DNA of 64,000 nucleotides from Verrucomicrobiota bacterium. GTDB taxonomy: Bacteria > Verrucomicrobiota > Verrucomicrobiia > JAWXBN01. Location of the stretch: NCBI GenBank assembly GCA_034440155.1, contig JAWXBN010000053.1, positions 20,031 through 84,030 of the forward strand, in the 5' to 3' direction. The notes under the pieces were generated by a model. It ran no database searches and was not told where the DNA came from. It saw only the letters and a program-made list of their open reading frames with translations. Both the position numbers and the translations under genes were made by a program. Positions 59,112 to 64,000 of the stretch are shown piece by piece. Each line of letters starts with the position of its first letter. Positions within the stretch are counted from its first letter, which is position 1.

Positions 59112-59845
59112 TTTTTCCTGAGCCCTATTAAAAACTCACGGTTTCCTTCCGCTCCAAAAATGGGTGAGTCCATTAATCCTATGACATTGAATCCGGTGTC
59201 TTGTGCAAACCCTCTGATATCCTGCGCGATTTGATCTTGGATATCCCGGTCTTTTAATACTCCACGGCACCGATCCATCACCTCTCTACCCGCTTCAAAC
59301 TGCGGCTTGATCAATACCACAGTATCGGCACCGGCAACAATCTTATTGAATAAGGGACGCAGGATTTTCTTCAATGAAATAAATGAAACATCCACACAGG
59401 AAAACTCCAAGGGTAGATCAAATTGCTCACTTTCGAGATTCCGAGCATTAATATTCTCCCGGGAGACCACGCGTGCGTCCTGTTGGAGTTTCCACGAGAG
59501 TTGGCCATGGCCCACATCAATGGCAAAAACTTTTTTTGCTCCGTGCTGTAAAAGGCAATCGGTAAATCCACCCGTCGATGCCCCGACATCCAGACAGATT
59601 TTCCCGGAGACATCGAGATGAAATTCCGCCAAGGCCGCCTCGAGCTTGAGCCCACCGCGGCTGACATATTTCTCATGGGTTTTAAGGGTAACCACAGATT
59701 CGGGTTTTGTCTTGTGATCGGCTTTCGCGACCATTTGACCATCGACAAATACTTCGCCGGCCATAATCATCCGCTTAGCTTTTTCACGGCTTTCAATAAT
59801 CCCGCGCTCAACAATCAAAATGTCTAAGCGCGTGGTCCGTGCCAT
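59108..59845 (-). CDS. tlyA: TlyA-family 16S/23S rRNA (cytidine-2'-O)-methyltransferase
   Basis: 245 aa. N-terminal S4 domain (RLDILIVERGIIESREKAKRMIMAGEV) plus FtsJ-like MTase (LDVGASTGGFT). Confidence 0.8.
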   Translation of the reverse strand: MARTTRLDILIVERGIIESREKAKRMIMAGEVFVDGQMVAKADHKTKPESVVTLKTHEKYVSRGGLKLEAALAEFHLDVSGKICLDVGASTGGFTDCLLQHGAKKVFAIDVGHGQLSWKLQQDARVVSRENINARNLESEQFDLPLEFSCVDVSFISLKKILRPLFNKIVAGADTVVLIKPQFEAGREVMDRCRGVLKDRDIQDQIAQDIRGFAQDTGFNVIGLMDSPIFGAEGNREFLIGLRKK

Positions 59846-59857
59846 AAGAGCAATCTG

Positions 59858-61795
59858 TTAGACCGCAGCAGGTGTTTTTACTGTAACGGCTGATGGTTCC
59901 ACAGAATCCACAAAAAAACCGAGAACCTTCTGAACCCCGTTTTTCGCAGTTAACCCGTATTTTTCACGCAAAATCTCAGGTTTCCCATGCTCGACAAATT
60001 CATCCGGCCAACCGACACGGGCCACTGGTTTTTCGATTTTCATTTCTTGGAGCTGCTCGATGACAATACTGCCGAAACCACCCATAAGAGCATGATCCTC
60101 AAAGGTCAGGAGGGCGTCGGCCTCCCGCGCAAATTGCTCCAGAATCTGGTTATCAAAAGGTTTAGCGAAACGGGCATTAATCACGGCCACTGAATATCCC
60201 TGTTTTTCAAGGAGGGTAGCAGCTTCCTGCGCCATGCCCAAAATCATGCCATAACTGATAATCGCCACCTTATGGTCTTTTTCGCCCGCCTTGAAAGGAT
60301 GAATCACCTCGGCTTTACCGATCTCCAGGACTTTTGGTTTATCCTTCGGGGTCACACCAGTGCCGATACCCCTCGGGTAACGCATCGCGATCGGACCGTC
60401 ATTATATTGGAGTCCCGTATAAAGCATGTCGACGAACTCGTCCTCATCCTTCGGAGCCATGATCGTCATATTTGGCAGACAACGCATATAGGCAATATCG
60501 AAAAGGCCATGATGGGTCGGACCATCGTCCCCGGAAAGACCAGCCCGGTCCATACAGAAAAAGACATTAAGATTCTGCAAGGCCACATCGTGATGGATCA
60601 TGTCATAAGCGCGTTGCAAGAATGTCGAGTAAATGGCGCAAACCGGCTTTAATCCCATCGTCGCCATGCCCGCCCCAAAAAGGACAGCATGCTCCTCGGC
60701 AATACCGACATCATAAAATTGTGCAGGCACTTTCTTTTGAAAATGGATCAAACCTGTCCCAGTGGACATCGCCCCGGTAATACCGATCACGCGTTTATCC
60801 TTTAATGCAAATTTGGCCAGTTGGTGCCCTAAAAGCTCGGAGAATGTAGGGGTCGGCATGCCTGTGGTCTCGCCTGTCTCCAGAGTATACGCCCCTAAAC
60901 CGTGGAATTTATCTGGCTTGGCCAAGGCGGGTTCATACCCCTTACCTTTGATCGTCTGGATGTGGAGGATGACCGGTTCGTCCTGATCTTTGAGGAATTT
61001 AAAAGTCTTTACCAAGAGATCAACATCATGGCCGTCAATCGGCCCGTAATACCGGAGGCCCAGATCCTCGAAAAACACGCTGCGTGCCTCGGGTAAAATC
61101 ATCCCTTTCACGGCTTCTTCAGCACGTTTTGCAAAACCGAGGACACCCTTGCCTCCGATCCGTTCGATAAATTTCTCCGCTTCCTTGTGAATGTGGGAAT
61201 ACTGTTCGCTGGTGACGATTTTATTCAGGTAATGAGCGATCGCCCCGACATTTTTAGAGATGGACCATTCATTATCATTGAGGACAACGATCATTTTCTT
61301 TGTGCATTGGGAGATATTATTCAGGCCCTCGAAAGTCACACCACACGTGAAAGCGGCATCCCCGGCCACAGCAATAACATGTTCATCAGTCCCCTTGATA
61401 TCTCGGGCGGTCGCCATACCTAAGGCTGCCGAAACAGCCGTTCCAGCATGTCCTGCGCCAAAGCTGTCGTGCGCGCTTTCTGTACGGAGCATGAACCCAT
61501 TTAATCCTTGATACTGGCGAATGGTATCAATGCGGTTGCGGCGACCAGTCAGGATTTTATGCACATAAGCCTGATGACTCACATCCATCAGGATTTTATC
61601 CTTGGGGGAATCGAATACATGATGGAGAGCAATCGTCAACTCCACGACCCCGAGATTAGGGCCGAGATGTCCCCCGGTCTTTGAAAGTGCCTGAATGAGC
61701 TCTTGACGGATTTCTTCCGCAAGAGTCTTCATTTCATCCAGATGAAGTTTTTTAACATCATCGGGCGAATTAATTTTGTCCAAAATCTTAGCCAT
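59858..61795 (-). CDS. dxs: 1-deoxy-D-xylulose-5-phosphate synthase
   Basis: 645 aa. TPP-binding GGHLGPNLG, GDG...N motif, transketolase-like domains. Confidence 0.95.
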   Translation of the reverse strand: MAKILDKINSPDDVKKLHLDEMKTLAEEIRQELIQALSKTGGHLGPNLGVVELTIALHHVFDSPKDKILMDVSHQAYVHKILTGRRNRIDTIRQYQGLNGFMLRTESAHDSFGAGHAGTAVSAALGMATARDIKGTDEHVIAVAGDAAFTCGVTFEGLNNISQCTKKMIVVLNDNEWSISKNVGAIAHYLNKIVTSEQYSHIHKEAEKFIERIGGKGVLGFAKRAEEAVKGMILPEARSVFFEDLGLRYYGPIDGHDVDLLVKTFKFLKDQDEPVILHIQTIKGKGYEPALAKPDKFHGLGAYTLETGETTGMPTPTFSELLGHQLAKFALKDKRVIGITGAMSTGTGLIHFQKKVPAQFYDVGIAEEHAVLFGAGMATMGLKPVCAIYSTFLQRAYDMIHHDVALQNLNVFFCMDRAGLSGDDGPTHHGLFDIAYMRCLPNMTIMAPKDEDEFVDMLYTGLQYNDGPIAMRYPRGIGTGVTPKDKPKVLEIGKAEVIHPFKAGEKDHKVAIISYGMILGMAQEAATLLEKQGYSVAVINARFAKPFDNQILEQFAREADALLTFEDHALMGGFGSIVIEQLQEMKIEKPVARVGWPDEFVEHGKPEILREKYGLTAKNGVQKVLGFFVDSVEPSAVTVKTPAAV

Positions 61796-61851
61796 AATAT
61801 AAAATGATTGCCCGTTTTAGTTACAAACCGCCTTTGCTACAAACAGTTTTT

Positions 61852-62160
61852 TCAGAAAAGAGAATCCTTCTCATTAATGTCTGAATTTGTATCGACTGTT
61901 TCATCCCCCCCTGAGGCCGCCTGAAATGGGATGGTAGGGATATCCCCTGCCGCATTTTTTTTGGCGAGGAATTCGATTTTACCCTCAGCTTCTGTGAGCT
62001 TTTTTGTACAAAAATGGGAGAGTTCTATCCCCTTTTCATATTTTTGAAGCACTTCATCCAGAGGTAGTTCTGCCGATTCCATCTCATTAACGATTTTCTC
62101 CAAGGAAGCTAATGCGTCCTCGAATCTTATTTCGTCAATTTTTTTCTTTACAGCCATCAC
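61852..62160 (-). CDS. xseB: exodeoxyribonuclease VII small subunit
   Basis: 102 aa. FEDALASLEKIVNEMESAELPLDEVLQKYEKGIEL is the conserved XseB helix pair. Conserved neighbour of dxs. Confidence 0.7.
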   Translation of the reverse strand: MMAVKKKIDEIRFEDALASLEKIVNEMESAELPLDEVLQKYEKGIELSHFCTKKLTEAEGKIEFLAKKNAAGDIPTIPFQAASGGDETVDTNSDINEKDSLF

Positions 62161-62348
62161 TTCTTATCTACCACAAAATTGATTCCGCCGTCCAGCCCTC
62201 AAATATCCTTTATTAAAAATAATCCTCCAAAAGGGTTCCACACCACACTCCTAATACCTAACCCGACTTCCTCGTGTGGGGCAACCAAGACTATTCAATG
62301 TGCATTTGGGAGACCCAGAAGAGGGTGTCTTTGCTCTCACCGGAGTGC

Positions 62349-63257
62349 CTAGACAAACACCACACCCTCATTGTCGGCGGCGAGGATTTTCACATTTCCG
62401 CCTTCTCGGCTTTTATTAAAAGCCCGTTTCATGGCTTGAGCGACAGAGGCCGCACGGTCGAGAGTGATACAGCAAATGGTCGAACCTGATCCGCTCAGCC
62501 AGCCCCCGAGGGCGCCGGCCTTTTTCCCGGCATTAATCACATCAAAGAGTTCCGGCAGGAGTTGGGAACGGTAGGGTTGATGAATCCGGTCTTCGAGGAA
62601 TTGTCCGATCATCGAGTACTCCCCTTCGAGAAAAGCAGCTGTAAGGAGGGAGGAATTACTAATATTACTGACCGCATCCTCACGGGAATAAAGGTCAGGT
62701 AGGATCTGGCGTGCTTTTTTTGTTTCCATCTCAAATGATGGCACTAACAGGATGAATTTTAATTTACTGGGCAATTTCTTGCGAATAAATGTGACTTTAC
62801 CGTCCTTGAATTGAGAGGCGACAAATCCCCCGACAAGGGCGGGTGTCGTATTGTCCGGATGCCCCTCGATTTCGGCGGCTAAATGGGCAAGGTCTTTTTT
62901 CTTCAACGGTTTCCCATGCATCCGGTTGAGCCCAGCCAATACAGCGACAATCAATGTCGAGCTACTCCCCAAACCTCGGGCAATGGGAATATCACTGACA
63001 ATATTCAGGCTAAAGCCCGCACCATTTTTTGTAATCCTTGTCGCCTTATAAAACTTGGTGAAGCTAGCCCGGATAAGGGGCATGGCCCCTTGGACTTTAT
63101 CCTGTCCTTTTTCCGATGTAATCCGGATCTCGGATTCCTCGGTAAAGGAAAAGGTGAATGTGTTATAAAGTTGCAGGGCAATCCCAAGCGTGTCGAACCC
63201 CGGGCCTAGATTGGCCGTGGTTGCCGGGACTTTAATATTCAGGGTGCGGGAAGGCAT
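62349..63257 (-). CDS. thrB: homoserine kinase (GHMP kinase)
   Basis: 302 aa. VPATTANLGPGFDTLGIAL and GLGSSS motifs. Confidence 0.8.
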   Translation of the reverse strand: MPSRTLNIKVPATTANLGPGFDTLGIALQLYNTFTFSFTEESEIRITSEKGQDKVQGAMPLIRASFTKFYKATRITKNGAGFSLNIVSDIPIARGLGSSSTLIVAVLAGLNRMHGKPLKKKDLAHLAAEIEGHPDNTTPALVGGFVASQFKDGKVTFIRKKLPSKLKFILLVPSFEMETKKARQILPDLYSREDAVSNISNSSLLTAAFLEGEYSMIGQFLEDRIHQPYRSQLLPELFDVINAGKKAGALGGWLSGSGSTICCITLDRAASVAQAMKRAFNKSREGGNVKILAADNEGVVFV

Positions 63258-63447
63258 AATTCAAGCGAGTGCAAAGACATACTTTAGCGGATGCGACAGG
63301 GCAAGCACATTTTCTCCATTCTGCCTCTTTCTGGAGAAAACTGTGGTCAAATACGTAAAAAGTTACTTTTTACAATCTTTGCAGAAGTTTCACAATGGAT
63401 AGGCATGGCATCTGCTTACTATTGATCAATAACAAAGCAGTCATCCT

Positions 63448-64000
63448 ATGTATCACACCCGTTCACAAATCATCCACGAAATTAATACGCGCAAGGAAAA
63501 CAACATTCCTCTCTACGCCCATTATATTAAGAAAAACACTCCAAAGCTCATCACTTCATCGGTTAAGGAATTTGGTGGTTGGAAGGAGGCAGTAATGGCT
63601 GCTGGTATCGAGTACGACCATGTGAGAAAATATAAAAATTGGACAAAAGAATCCATTATTGAAGAGATACATACTTTAAGGAATCAAGGTATTGACCTAT
63701 CATTCCGGTCCATGATGCTTAGTAAACACGCCTCACTGGTCTATGCAGCCATACGCCCTCGGCGATTTGGCTCATGGCGCAAAGCCTTGTTATCAGCGGG
63801 TTTGCCCGCTACGGATATCTACCGTTACCGCTCTTGGAACAATGAAGACATCATTTCCGAAATTAAGCGGTTGGCTGTACTAAGTACGGATATGAGCTCG
63901 AAAAAAATGGATGAATCTTATAATGCACTGATATCCACTGCCCGCCGCCGTTTTGGCAGTTGGGCATCCGCCTTGGCCAGGGCCGGGGTCGAGTATGAGG
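63448..64000 (+). CDS. hypothetical protein with three tandem ~45-aa repeats (partial; runs off window end)
   Basis: Own translation from ATG 63448: MYHTRSQIIHEINTRKENNIPLYAHYIKKNTPKLITSSVKEFGGWKEAVMAAGIEYDHV...RRFGSWRKALLSAGLPATDIYRY...RRFGSWASALARAGVEYE. Recurring FG(S/G)W-x2-A-x3-AG(L/I/V) motif. Absent from ORF track because there is no stop in the window. Confidence 0.5.
   Translation, partial: MYHTRSQIIHEINTRKENNIPLYAHYIKKNTPKLITSSVKEFGGWKEAVMAAGIEYDHVRKYKNWTKESIIEEIHTLRNQGIDLSFRSMMLSKHASLVYAAIRPRRFGSWRKALLSAGLPATDIYRYRSWNNEDIISEIKRLAVLSTDMSSKKMDESYNALISTARRRFGSWASALARAGVEYE

Noticed and set aside
1-64000. CRISPR arrays, integrases, restriction-modification or toxin-antitoxin genes
   Set aside because: Scanned for regularly spaced direct repeats and hallmark genes; none found. 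The only regular repeats are the two 25-bp copies at 6586-6643 and the dispersed 9-mer.

Overview
This 64-kb chromosomal segment carries about 65 protein-coding genes and one tRNA. It probably comes from a Verrucomicrobia/PVC-group bacterium; that attribution is inference from gene content (PVM-type microcompartment locus, exosortase-type EPS locus) and roughly 48% GC.

Gene blocks, left to right:
- 1-7.4 kb, minus strand: an exosortase-associated exopolysaccharide export locus (GT4 glycosyltransferase, exosortase, Wzc-like tyrosine kinase, Wza-like exporter, EpsL-like outer-membrane barrel).
- 7.4-10 kb: the pheS-rplT-rpmI-infC translation cluster.
- 10-15.5 kb: MtfA-like peptidase, pyrD, a methyltransferase, a DhnA-type aldolase with an unusual C-terminal tail, and mdh.
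- 15.5-22.9 kb: a complete Planctomycetes-Verrucomicrobia (PVM)-type bacterial microcompartment operon. It has a class II aldolase, three BMC-P, a CoA-acylating aldehyde dehydrogenase, three BMC-H, acetate kinase, PduL and a DeoR regulator. Encapsulation peptides are recognisable on three of the enzymes.
- 22.9-26.4 kb: a 1160-aa PAS-rich hybrid histidine kinase.
- 26.5-37.4 kb: housekeeping and hypothetical genes (AEC transporter, DCC-LMF fusion, malic enzyme, pepA, msrB).
- 37.5-43.4 kb: a CusBA-type heavy-metal RND efflux pair preceded by small Cys-rich secreted proteins.
- 43.4-46.8 kb: an orphan PAS histidine kinase, a decayed IS-like remnant and an OprB-like porin.
- 46.8-51.2 kb: BluB-like protein, a UroD-family protein and a GH31 glycosidase.
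- 51.3-64 kb: small Fe-S proteins, argG, a tandem chagasin-family pair, tRNA-Gly(CCC), a CYTH protein, a LacI regulator, PtsN, nadK, tlyA, dxs, xseB and thrB.

The most unusual sequence-level signal is a 9-mer, GCAAATTGC (and its reverse complement GCAATTTGC), that occurs at least 22 times against roughly 0.5 expected. It sits inside unrelated genes in different frames and both orientations, and is absent from the 0-8 kb and 35-47.5 kb stretches. This suggests a genome-wide iterated motif (uptake-sequence-like or HIP-like) that I do not recognise as described. No CRISPR arrays or intact mobile elements were seen.
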